Of a stretch of DNA of 64,000 nt, positions 1 to 11,170 are shown in pieces. The stretch is taken from the NCBI GenBank assembly GCA_030265395.1, contig JARFYF010000084.1, positions 51,854,049-51,918,048 of the forward strand. The letters are read 5' to 3'. The position numbers and the translations under genes were made by a program. Every line of letters starts with the position of its first letter. The first letter of the stretch is position 1. The notes under the pieces were generated by a model. It did not search any database. It was not told the origin of the DNA and worked only from the letters and a program-made list of their open reading frames with translations. The DNA comes from Rhina ancylostomus (lineage: Eukaryota).

Positions 1-1112
1 TGCAGCCAGGGGATACAAGTGAGATTCTAAATGAATACTTATCAGTATTCACCAGTGAGAAGGACATGGAGGGTGGAAAGTTAAGGGAGGGGTGCACTGA
101 CATTCTGGAATATGCCTTTATCAGGAGGAAGAAGTGCTGGAAATATTGGAGAACATTAGTTGGATAAATCCCCAGAGCAGTCTAGAATGCATCCCAAGAT
201 GCTACGGGAAGCAAGAGAGGAGATTGCTGGGGCTCTGATGGAGATTTTAGCATCTTTGTTAGCCTCAAGTGAGGTAGCAGAAGACTAGGTTAGTTCATGT
301 TGTCCCCTTGTTCAAATAGGCCATTTGGGATAAAAGCTTGGAAATTATAGGCTGATGTGCCTAACGTCAATGGTTGAGTTGTTGGAGAAGATTCTGAGGG
401 ACATGATTTATGTTCATTTGGAAAGGTGAGACTGATTAGTGTGGGTTTGTGCAGGGGAGATCACATCTCACAAATATGACTGAGTTTTTTAAGGTGGTGA
501 CTAGGAAAAGTGATGAGGGCAGATGTGGTTTACTTTTGAAAGGTCCCACATGGTAGGCTGGTCCAGAAAGTTATGGCACAAGGGATCCGAGGCTTATTAG
601 CAAACTGGATCCAAGATTGGCTGGGTGAAAGAAGGCAGTGCTGGATGAGTGTTTTTCAGGCTGGAAGTCTGTAACTAGTGGTATACCACAGGGATCAGTG
701 CCGTGACCTTTGTTGACACAAAAATTGGTGGAGTCATACATAGCAAAGGTTGTCTAAGGATACAGTGGGATGTAGATCAGCTGGAAAATTGGGCAAAGTG
801 GTGGCCTTATAGAGGTTTATAAAATTTTGAGGGGCATAGATAGGAAAGATAATTTTCCCAGGTCAGGGAGTCTAGGATTAGAGGATGCAGGTTTAAGGTG
901 AGAGGGGAGAAAAATAAGGTCTGAGGGGCAAATTATTCACACATTGTTGATTGTCTGCCTCCACCACCTCTTCTGGCAATGTTTAAAAGGCATAGAGTGA
1001 TATGGGCCTCGTAGGCAAATAGGATTAGTGTAGATAGGCATCATGGTTGGCATTGATGAGGTGGCTGAAAGGGCCCGTTTCTGTGTTGTATTATTCTATG
1101 GTTCTGATTCTA
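1..1112 (+). mobile_element. Degenerate CR1-type LINE (ORF2 RT region to 3' tail)
   Basis: Frameshifted remnants of CR1 ORF2 motifs (DKSP..HP..LREAREEIAGAL, GNYR, GIPQGSV). Ends in a ttctat-type tail near 1095-1112. Confidence 0.8.
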
Positions 1113-1189
1113 TACCTAAGGATTATTCTCCCCACAGTAAGTAATCACCTTAGCAGAATAATCTGATGTGTCCAATATCAGTCCAAAAT

Positions 1190-1923
1190 TGAGTCCCAGA
1201 CCATCTGTCAGTTGTGGTAGGGCTTATATGCTATAACAGGCTACAAAATGTAGTCAAGCAGCATCGCCAACAGCAGCACATCCCTTCCCAATGAGCTTAA
1301 TGCATGCTTTGAACAGAAGGGTATTGGTATGTCACCACCCACCCTGACGGCTTCCAATGCACCCAAATCAATGGTCACCGTTGAAGACACAAGATCAGTC
1401 TTCCAGTGGGTGAGCCCATGGAGAGCATCTAGCTCGGATGGTGTCCCTGGCCATGTCCTCAGATCCTGTGCAGATAAGCTGGCAGGTATTCACAGCCATT
1501 TTTAACCTCTGCTTCAATCTGAGGTTCTGACCTGCTTTAAGAAGACCACTACCATCCTGATACCTAAGAAAAACAAGGTAATGTGCCCCAATGGCTCTGA
1601 CATCCACCATCATGAAGTGCTTCGAGAGGCTTGGTCATAACACACATTAACTCCAACCTCTCAGAAAACCTCAACCCACTGCAATTTGCTTACCGCCAGA
1701 ACAGATCTACAGCACATGCCAGCTCCCTGGCCCCTACACTCATCTCCGGAGCATCTGGACAGTAAAGACATCTACATTAGACTATTGTTTATCGACTACA
1801 ACTCTGCCTTCAATACCATAATTCCATGCAAACTCATCACCAAACTCCAAGACCTGGGATTCAACACCTCCCTTTGCAACTGGATCCTTGACTTCCTGAC
1901 TAACAGACTGCAATCAGTGAGGA
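1190..1923 (+). mobile_element. Rex1/Babar-like LINE RT fragment, truncated by a gap
   Basis: Translation [52 protein letters not shown], with upstream LQFAYR-like motif. Confidence 0.8.
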
Positions 1924-2679
1924 NNNNNNNNNNNNNNNNNNNNNNNNNNNNNNNNNNNNNNNNNNNNNNNNNNNNNNNNNNNNNNNNNNNNNNNNNNNNN
2001 NNNNNNNNNNNNNNNNNNNNNNNNNNNNNNNNNNNNNNNNNNNNNNNNNNNNNNNNNNNNNNNNNNNNNNNNNNNNNNNNNNNNNNNNNNNNNNNNNNNN
2101 NNNNNNNNNNNNNNNNNNNNNNNNNNNNNNNNNNNNNNNNNNNNNNNNNNNNNNNNNNNNNNNNNNNNNNNNNNNNNNNNNNNNNNNNNNNNNNNNNNNN
2201 NNNNNNNNNNNNNNNNNNNNNNNNNNNNNNNNNNNNNNNNNNNNNNNNNNNNNNNNNNNNNNNNNNNNNNNNNNNNNNNNNNNNNNNNNNNNNNNNNNNN
2301 NNNNNNNNNNNNNNNNNNNNNNNNNNNNNNNNNNNNNNNNNNNNNNNNNNNNNNNNNNNNNNNNNNNNNNNNNNNNNNNNNNNNNNNNNNNNNNNNNNNN
2401 NNNNNNNNNNNNNNNNNNNNNNNNNNNNNNNNNNNNNNNNNNNNNNNNNNNNNNNNNNNNNNNNNNNNNNNNNNNNNNNNNNNNNNNNNNNNNNNNNNNN
2501 NNNNNNNNNNNNNNNNNNNNNNNNNNNNNNNNNNNNNNNNNNNNNNNNNNNNNNNNNNNNNNNNNNNNNNNNNNNNNNNNNNNNNNNNNNNNNNNNNNNN
2601 NNNNNNNNNNNNNNNNNNNNNNNNNNNNNNNNNNNNGGGGGGGGAAAGAAGGGGAGATAGGTCCTGGAGGGTGCTAAGC

Positions 2680-2822
2680 AAGAACACAGTACCAATGCTG
2701 GAATCTGATAAGTAAATTCACTGTGTCCTGATGCAGGGTTTCGACCTTAAACAATGACAATTCCTTTCTCTGCACAGATATTACTCAGCCTGCTAAGTTC
2801 CTCCAGCAGTTTGTTGCTCCCA
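2680..2822. mobile_element. Penelope-like terminal fragment with a decayed hammerhead-like motif
   Basis: atgctggaatctg ... ctgatgcagggtttcgaccttaaac ... cctgctaagttcctccagcagtttg; the same module recurs several times in the window. Confidence 0.55.
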
Positions 2823-3109
2823 TTTACTCTATTCTTTCCTACATAATTATCCATCTCACAGTCCAGTGCTGGTACATTGACCCAGTTCTGTGTCAGCATG
2901 CTCACCAACCTCATGTCTGGGACCTCACTGAAAGCCTTCTGAAAATCAAAAGGCACATCCACTGGTTTCCCTCTCATTTACTCCACTTGATACATCCTGA
3001 AAGAACTCCAATAGATTAGTGAGTGAAATCACACAGACTGACAGCCATTAGAAAAGAAATGTTTAAATCTAGACAGGTGAGCTGAAAGGTTTTTTATTTG
3101 GTCTGGAGC

Positions 3110-3700
3110 TGCTCTCAGGCAGAAGGTACACAAGCCCAAGTCCCACACCACCAGGTCCAGGAGCAGCTACTTTCCTACAACCAAGTTCTTGAACTGACCT
3201 GCACAACCCTAACCCTACCTCAACAATGGAACACTACAGACCCCTCTTGCACTCCCATGGATTTTGCTCTGATTGTGGGTTTTTTGCAATAATGTCTTGA
3301 TTTTGTGCACTTTTTCACTATAATATGGTTTATGTATAATTTATATTGTGCTGTCTGTACCTACATGCCCGTGGCCAAGAAAGCTCACCAGCACATCTGC
3401 TTCCTCAGGAGGCTAAAGAAATAGGGCATGTTGCCTTTGACACACCAATTTTTATCAATGTACCATAGAAAGCATCCTATCTGGATGCATCACAGCTTGG
3501 TATGGTAACTACTCTTCCCAGGACCACAAGAACCTGCAGTATTGTGGACACAGCTCAGCCCATCACAGAAACCAACCTCCCCTCCATGAACTCTATCTAT
3601 ACTTCTTACTGCCTTGGTAAAGCAGCCAGCATAATCGAAGACCCCACCCACCCAGGACATTCTCCATTGTATTCCTGCTGGTCAAGAAAAATCCAAATCC
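3110..3700 (+). mobile_element. Two adjacent Rex1/Babar-like 3' fragments
   Basis: 3372-3690 reads roughly KKAHQHICFLRRLKK..YQCTIESILSGCITAWYGN..KAASIIEDPTHPGHS. 3110-3365 resembles the 3' end of the copies near 24000 and 38250. Confidence 0.7.
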
Positions 3701-4777
3701 CACTTAACTAAATTCATGGTCCTGAAGGTTCTGATTGTTCAAGTATATGATGAAGTATTTCTGAAATGTTATAAGGACTTCTACGTCTAACAATATTTCA
3801 GGCTGTGAGTTCTAGACCCCTATAATTCTTTGGATGAAATTATAGTTCTGCATCTCCCCTCTGCAACCAGGGACCAGAAACAAGCATCTTCCAGATCTTT
3901 TTAAAAAAAAATTCTGAAGTTTCTTTTGAGTGGAGTCTAGGCAATTCCTTTTAGCTTTCTCCATAGTCTTCTGATAAATACATTGCTACAACTTAAATAC
4001 CACAGCTATCATCAAAGATACTAAACCTTCAAGCTCACTATGAGAGCATACTTGTACACAGAATTCTCAGTAATGCTGCTGTTGAACAGTCTACTTCAAA
4101 AGGTACTATATCTACCAGTCTTAGAAAAACAAACCCAAGAATCACTTGAAATTATTTCCAAGAATGAGCAGTTTCTTTTACCCAGTGCAGATTTTGGAAC
4201 AAAATGTGCACACTGGGCACTGTACCAACCATTAGAAGATACATTGTGGAATCCACACCCTTCAAACTAATTCATCAGAGGCTTTAGCCTGTTGTATTAA
4301 ATGGTATTCACCAGACAATAAAGAGCCTTCAGATTTATCATTAGTAATAACCCAGAGGAACGCTTTTGATCAGACCCTGCACTGGATTTTCATCAACAAA
4401 AAAAATTTAGTGTAATTTTCATCTAAATGCATGCCCTCATGCATGAATGTAACTGATTGTCACTAATTCTACTACCTCACCCCAGGCAGTGAAAAATGAT
4501 CAGAATAACACAGAAAATGCAACATCTCAAAAAAAGTTCTTTTTGTTTACCCTTCAGTAAAACAAGTTCCCAGCAGTGCAGTGGTTACAAATGAAGAGAT
4601 AGGAGCAAGTTACCTATTTTGCCCATTGAATGACACCTGATATGGAACAAAATCAAAGACAATTTTTGCACTTCCAGCAGCAAGTATAGAAAGAGAACTA
4701 TCCTGAAAATAGAACATTTATAAAAAAGTTATGCTTAAAATGAACAGTCATGATTTAATGTTTGCTTTCATCCACAG

Positions 4778-4893
4778 TGAGTAAACTTCAAGATGTACAG
4801 CTCCTGGGAAACACTAGAAATTCTAAACAGTTCTCCTACAACATGCGACCACACACATCAGGGATGACGCATAAAGCTAGACCCAAAGAATGA
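4778..4893 (+). CDS. INVS: Probable terminal coding exon of inversin
   Basis: Acceptor tttgctttcatccacag. Phase-1 frame (V)SKLQDVQLLGNTRNSKQFSYNMRPHTSGMTHKARPKE*, resembling the recalled human INVS C-terminus (VSNLQCIHLLENSGRSKNFSYNL...). Position convergent on TEX10 matches human gene order. Confidence 0.75.
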
Positions 4894-5610
4894 TACAACA
4901 ATGCAGGACTAATCGTTGGATATGCTGTGAGAATGTGTTCATCTCAGCCCCTTCAGCTGTATGGGTACTCCTGGAGAAAGAGGGGTGGGGAAAAAAGAGG
5001 CATCCCTACACTTTTCACAAAGGCTTACTGATTTAAAGAGCAAATTTGAGACATATTCTTAAGGAGATTCCAATAATTAGGGTATAAATTACTTATTACC
5101 AAAGCAAACGAAAACTCTTAATGAACTAGCTTAAACCACAGAAGCTGTGTCAAGCAGCCATTCAGTCCATTGTGCCTGTGTCAGCAATCTGAAAGACATA
5201 CGTACCTAGTTCCATCACCCTGCTCTTCTCCCATTCCATTTAAATGTTTTCAGAGATGTGTCCATTTCCCTCTTTAAAAACTGTTGTCAGAGTGTGCAAG
5301 ACATCCCAGAATATTTAACAATGCCAGAAACCAGAAGTAACCTCACTGGCTTCGTTGTTCATTTCATAATCTAGGTTCAGACCTTGCGATATCAATTCAC
5401 TGCACAGTAGAAACAGATTTCCTCATCTACCTCAAAACATTGCACCTCTATCTGGCCTTTAAATAACGAGCCATTTTTCCTAGTCTCATAACTGAAGCCT
5501 CTCAACCCTAGTTTCATCTTACAGTGCCCTAAATATGCCACAAGGTATTTGTGCATTTAACAATATCTCTTGGTGTTTGTACTTCAATTGCTGGTTGTAA
5601 AACCTAAGAT

Positions 5611-5616
5611 AATAAA
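5611..5616 (+). promoter_or_regulatory. Candidate proximal poly(A) signal for INVS
   Basis: AATAAA about 720 nt downstream of the putative INVS stop codon. Confidence 0.3.
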
Positions 5617-5959
5617 TCTTAATAGCTTTCCAATTTGACCTGTCACTTTTATTGCTCATGAACGCCTTTGTAAGCTTTTTCAGTTAGTTTGTATTCTCTC
5701 ATTTTTCCTTACAAAATATTTCACCTCATTCTGACAACAACGCCGCTTGTTAACCTGTTGCTTTAGTTATTTAGTCACATTGCACAGAAGGCCCTTCAAC
5801 CCACCATCAAGTACCTATCAATGATAATGCCATTTTTCAGCATTGGCCTGTAGCCACAATCTACGGTTTTCTCCTTTGAAACCCATTTTCCCCAGGTCAC
5901 AGGCCCCCAGCTCTGTAATTTTTTTTCATAACACATTTTAGGAGGATGCAATGCAGTAC

Positions 5960-6180
5960 ACATGGGACTTCGGTGGTGGTGTGATGAGTGTAAAGGAAAA
6001 GCAGAAAATGGGACCCTGGTGAGTGAAAATGGAGCACAGGAAATGGGGCCATGGTGAGTGCAAAGGGAGTGCAGCATTCAGGGTTCCAGTGTGCGTGAAA
6101 GGAGCACAGAAGATGGAACTCCAGGAAGCACAGTTCTGGTGAGCTTAAAAGGGAATGTGGGAAACATCACCGAGTGAGCC
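5960..6180. repeat. Degenerate ~35-bp minisatellite, about 5-6 units
   Basis: Units resemble ggtgagtgNaaaNggagcacagNaaatgggNccct and start near 5985, 6018, 6052, 6088 and 6138. Confidence 0.7.
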
Positions 6181-8094
6181 AGATGCCAAACTCTAGAGAC
6201 TTCTGAATAATAGGATAGCAGATTATCAGAGTTTTACTGTATATTGTACGCTAGTCATGTAGTTTTTGGTTTTATAGAACATGATCAATCTTAATTATTC
6301 CAGTTCTCTGCTACAATCTAAAATTAATCCTTCTCTTTAACCTTGTCACCAAAACACTGAACCTTCTTTCACTTCTAATACTTACACTAAAAAAAATCTC
6401 TTTATGGATGCAGTGTTTTCCATGTGAACTAAGTTTGCCAATGTTGTGGACCTGAAATGTTAATACTTTGCAGATGCTGCTTGGCCTCCTAACTATGTCT
6501 AACACTTTTCTTTCAGGTTTCCAGAATCTCCCTTTTTAAACCCTTTGCTCAAGCTGGTGAACCTAGTTCTGTTGAGAACATGGGCCCAGTCATATCTTGA
6601 TACAGAGCTATGTTCAAAGCTCCATGAATCTGAACTTCTCCCTTCAACATACTCTCCCCAACCATATATTAAATTATGGAACATAATTATAAAGTGAGTA
6701 TTTCAGAAATCCAGGTTCTGTAATTAAAAACATTTTCTCTCTTCTCCCCAGATCCATTTTCTACCTCTATGAAAAGGCATCCACTTCCCTTCCTCAACTT
6801 GCATTCTAGAAATGCTTAAGCTTCCCATCAATTTTCTAAACACTCAAACTTTTGAGATAACTTTGCACAAATAATTATTGGCATACTCTGCACACGTGTT
6901 CCTCTACATATTTAGCACTTTGACACCTCCAATTTAATTGTAGGTCAACTGAAATCCAAAGTTGAACTCCCAATCAGCTCCTTACCTGTTTTTTGTATTC
7001 TTAAAAATGAGTTTCTTGTTAATTAAAATGAGATTGTACGTAATAACAGAACTGCAGTATATAATAGTAGAACTCTTAATCAATTAGACTATCAATAGGT
7101 ACTTAAGACATGTAAAGGCTCAGACAAATTGAAGTTCCAAGGACTGAACAGTTAAAATGAAAAGTCAAAATTAAATATTTGTACTTGTTCTATTCACTTC
7201 TCCATTGAAACTCAATCTGTTTTTTCCTGTGGAATTTATCATCTGCATGCCAGCATGCCATTCCATATATCAGAATATTTTCACCCAAAGTCAAGCAACA
7301 GAAAAGTATTCCCAAGAATAAGTATAAAATATTATTGGTCTGTTAATAGCTCATCCTTTAGGTAGTCAAAGCTCCTAGTGTTCAGTACATCACCACAAAT
7401 GCCTTTATTAACACCTACTGCATTTAAGAGAAATTGAATACAGTCTGAAGTGTATTTTACAATAGCTATGTGCACGGAATATCTTAAGCACAGATTATGA
7501 AATACAACACTTCAAAGTAACTGGGCTGAAAATAGTTAAGGCTTTGGCATATGTTTATGCCAGATTCAAATTCTGAGTTCAATTTTTTGTAAGTTTGAAT
7601 TAAAATCAGTCAAAAATATCCTGAGCTATATTCTTAAAATTTAATGCAAATTAATTTACATGTTTTTAAATTAATATCTTAATTTACAGGAATAATCTGG
7701 AATTTTAGCACACTTACCTGGCTTTCACACAGTTCCATGTACAATATCAATGTGGTTTTATTATGTACTGCCAAACATGACAATGGGATTTTCATATTTA
7801 TCATGTAATATCCACTGAACTATTCACTTGCAAGCATGAAATATAAACTGTCTATTATGCTTCAAGTTTGGGAAAGGAAATATAAATTTAGTAAATTGGG
7901 TTACGATAAAGCAAACAGCTTCAGTTTGCGTAAATGGTACAAATACATCTCACATCCGTACCTCACCAGACTTCTGCTCCAGTAATAATGGTCCACTTCA
8001 TCTGTGCTTAACCATGTGGAGAGAACCATGTTATTAAACAATGTTTTGAATCAAGAATGCCTCATGTTATTACAGATGAGTTATTTTTGTAATT

Positions 8095-8100
8095 TTTATT
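8095..8100 (-). promoter_or_regulatory. Candidate distal TEX10 poly(A) signal
   Basis: tttatt on plus = AATAAA on minus, preceded on that strand by TGTATATA. Confidence 0.4.
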
Positions 8101-8139
8101 AAATGTATATACATTTAAAGTTTTTTTTTGGTGTAACAA

Positions 8140-8145
8140 AATAAA
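8140..8145 (+). promoter_or_regulatory. Candidate distal INVS poly(A) signal
   Basis: AATAAA with an upstream T-run and TGTA motifs, and gagtttttgattga downstream. Confidence 0.35.
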
Positions 8146-8376
8146 TGATTACAAACAAAAACTAATCTCAGAGTTTTTGATTGATAGGAAAGATACAGAA
8201 TTAAGAGTGATGTTTGAAAATTTAGTTTAAAAAAAGCTGCACACCAAAAAGTATGGAGTATTTTCTTAACCATAAAATTTTATGGTGAAAACAAAAGCTA
8301 ATTTGAACATAGCTGTACAGCATTAGGCATATGTGTAATTGGTTAAGAAAATGGAATAAGAAGACACTTCTACAAA

Positions 8377-8382
8377 TTTATT
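8377..8382 (-). promoter_or_regulatory. Candidate proximal TEX10 poly(A) signal
   Basis: First minus-strand AATAAA I found after the stop codon (about 360 nt), followed by GU/U-rich gtgtcttcttattccattttctt. Confidence 0.55.
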
Positions 8383-8741
8383 AAAATCTTAGACTTTCAC
8401 TGAGTACAACCTTGAAAGGTTATTATTTTTACACAGATTCCCTGCAAATATGTTGGGTACATGCAAATTTCTAGGAAATTATCCAACAAAATGAGTGTAT
8501 TACTCTTGATACATATTACATCATCCTCATCCAATGGACATGTTTAACTTCTTATCCTCAGGGATTTCAAGCTAAACGTGCTTGTCTCAAGGAACAACTC
8601 GGCATACAAGACTTTCATCTTATTCTATATCTGTAAACTTTGTTCTATAACTATGGAGATGTAGATCCTCCATACCCATCTTCTGTTTTATGCAAGCACT
8701 TCTTAAAGAGTTGGTATTATAATTTTCCTGGATTTCATTCT

Positions 8742-8837
8742 TTAATAGGTCACTGGGAAACTGGCTGCAAGGTAGATTCTGAAGCAGTAATGGAGATCAG
8801 TTAACCATTGCTCTTGGAAATCATCAGTCTTGAAGTT
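8742..8837 (-). CDS. TEX10: TEX10 coding exon 14 of 14 (last)
   Basis: Acceptor ttttttccctcag. NFKTDDFQEQWLTDLHYCFRIYLAASFPVTY*, containing the conserved QEQWLTDLHYCF motif. 96 nt. Confidence 0.93.
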   Translation of the reverse strand, partial: NFKTDDFQEQWLTDLHYCFRIYLAASFPVTY

Positions 8838-10261
8838 CTGAGGGAAAAAAAATACACAATTTCATAAAAAAATTAAAGAAAACTAATCTATTGAAGGACA
8901 ACTGATTTCAAAACTTTTACAGCTAAATTCTGTCTGTTTACATATTGATTATGTTCTCTTTTGGGAGGGAACGAACAGACAATATCTTCCTTTTATTTCA
9001 CTATTATAATATTAAATGTTCTAAATCTACTGCACCTTTGCCGACCTTAATGCAATAGAAACCAAACCTTTAAAGTATTTTTTACCTATGTGTTCTTTCT
9101 TCTGCAAATCAATAAATTCAACATAAACTTAACTGACAACTCAACGTGGTTTGAAATTGAAATTACAGGTTATGGGATCTTAAGAATTTCATATTAGTTG
9201 CTTGGTTTTTACTGAATTAGCTCAAAATCAGTAGGACCATAACACTGTCATGACTGGGAAAGCAAATATTGTCAGAATTCCTATTTAGCAACTTATAAAA
9301 GCACAATGGACTTTCGGAAAGATTAGGATGATCTATAACGTGACCCTTCCAGCAACATATATGTTGATCACCAATTTTAATGCCAGAACTCAAGCAAGGT
9401 GCCAATATCCCCAGAAAGATGGGAGAACATTTGCAAGAAAACTATAATTGACTACGTTTACCATCAGGTAGTCAGAATGTATGCATCATCTGCTGAATCA
9501 TATATTGGTAGATAAATCAATTCTCGATTTCTGTATCACTTGGTGTGCTCTATTCCGAGCTATATATTTGAGCAACTGTGTCCCCTAGTGTGAGTTACTT
9601 TCTATCCCTACCAAACAAGCAAAAATGGAGCACAGCGATGCATCACATTCCTGGGTTTATGTAGTCAGATATGAGGTGTGCCAGAAAATGGAATCTGATC
9701 TCTGGATTTATAACACAAAAAGCCTTATGTTCTACATTTAAGCAGTGGTTCCTGAAACAAGGAAAAAGAGAAAACAAAATCCAGTCACGTCACCTGACTG
9801 AAATGGAATTCAATCCATAGGCTTAAACAGCAGTACCTAATCACATGGATCACTGCCAGATATATCACTTAACACCTGACACTCCCAAATCATAAAAGGG
9901 AAATTAAAACTAAAATTCAATTATATATATATAAAAATAAGCTTCAACTCATCAAAATATGAAATGGATCTCATGTATGGTTCTGACAAGCTACTATAAA
10001 TTTTGGTAAATGCATTTTCAACTTTTACACACAAGGTACCAGTAAACATCTCTGAGGCGGCGCCAAAGATGNNNNNNNNNNNNNNNNNNNNNNNNNNNNN
10101 NNNNNNNNNNNNNNNNNNNNNNNNNNNNNNNNNNNNNNNNNNNNNNNNNNNNNNNNNNNNNNNNNNNNNNNNNNNNNNNNNNNNNNNNNNNNNNNNNNNN
10201 NNNNNNNNNNNNNNNNNNNNNNNNNNNNNNNNNNNNNNNNNNNNNNNNNNNNNNNNNNNNN

Positions 10262-11170
10262 CAGGGATCAATATATATAAAACGAATAAGTGATTTGGAT
10301 GAACAGGCGGGGGCTGTTTAGTAAGTTTGCAAATGAGACAATAATTGGTGGAGTTGTGGATAGTGAGAAAGGTTATTAAAGGATACAACAGGATATAGGT
10401 CAGTTGGAAATATGGGTGGAAAAATGGCAGATTTAATCCATAAAAATGTTAGGTGTTGCACACTGGGAGCTCAAATGCAAAGGGAAAGTACACTGTTAAT
10501 GGCAGGATTGTTAGGAGCAATAATGTACACCTTAGGAGCATTGATGTACATTGATGCAAGTCCACAACTCCATGAAAGTGGCAACACGAGTGGTAAAGAA
10601 GGCATATAGCACAGTTGCCTTCATCAGTCAAAGCATTGAGTATAAAAGTTGGGAAGTCATTTTGGAACTGTATAAACCTTTGGTTTGGCTACATTTAGAG
10701 ACTGCGTGCAGTTCTGGTCACTACAATACTAGAGGCACGGGTTTTAGGGGGCAAGTTTAAAGGAGATTTACAAGGCAATTTTTTTTNNNNNNNNNNNNNN
10801 NNNNNNNNNNNNNNNNNNNNNNNNNNNNNNNNNNNNNNNNNNNNNNNNNNNNNNNNNNNNNNNNNNNNNNNNNNNNNNNNNNNNNNGGTCACTACAATAC
10901 TAGAGGCACGGGTGTTAGGGGGCAAGTTTAAAGGAGATTTACAAGGCAATTTTTTTTTTAAACAAAGTGGAAGGTAACTGGAATGTGCTGCAAGGGGAAG
11001 TGGTGGAAGCAGATATGATAGCAATGTATTTAAGCAGGTATATGAACAGGCAAGGAATGGAGGGATATGGACTACGTGCAGGCATATATGATTAGTTTAA
11101 ATTGGGGTCTTGATCGGCATAGACATCCCATGCTGAAGGACCTGTTCCACTGCTGTACTCTTATGTCCTC
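10262..11170 (+). mobile_element. CR1 LINE 3' portion
   Basis: VVKKAYSTVAFISQSIEYKSWEVILELYKPLV, followed by a CR1-like 3' UTR; interrupted by a gap. Confidence 0.8.

Noticed and set aside
1686-2695. Long ORFs in the track spanning N runs (also near 9921, 20943, 37780, 48338 and others)
   Set aside because: They are open only because N translates as X. The real flanks are LINE fragments or non-coding.
4040-4270. 76-aa plus-strand ORF as a possible penultimate INVS exon
   Set aside because: No recognisable INVS similarity and no convincing splice sites. The upstream exon is probably outside the window or in a gap.
5960-6180. Repeat array as CRISPR-like
   Set aside because: Units are degenerate along their whole length with no constant-repeat/unique-spacer pattern, and the context is eukaryotic.
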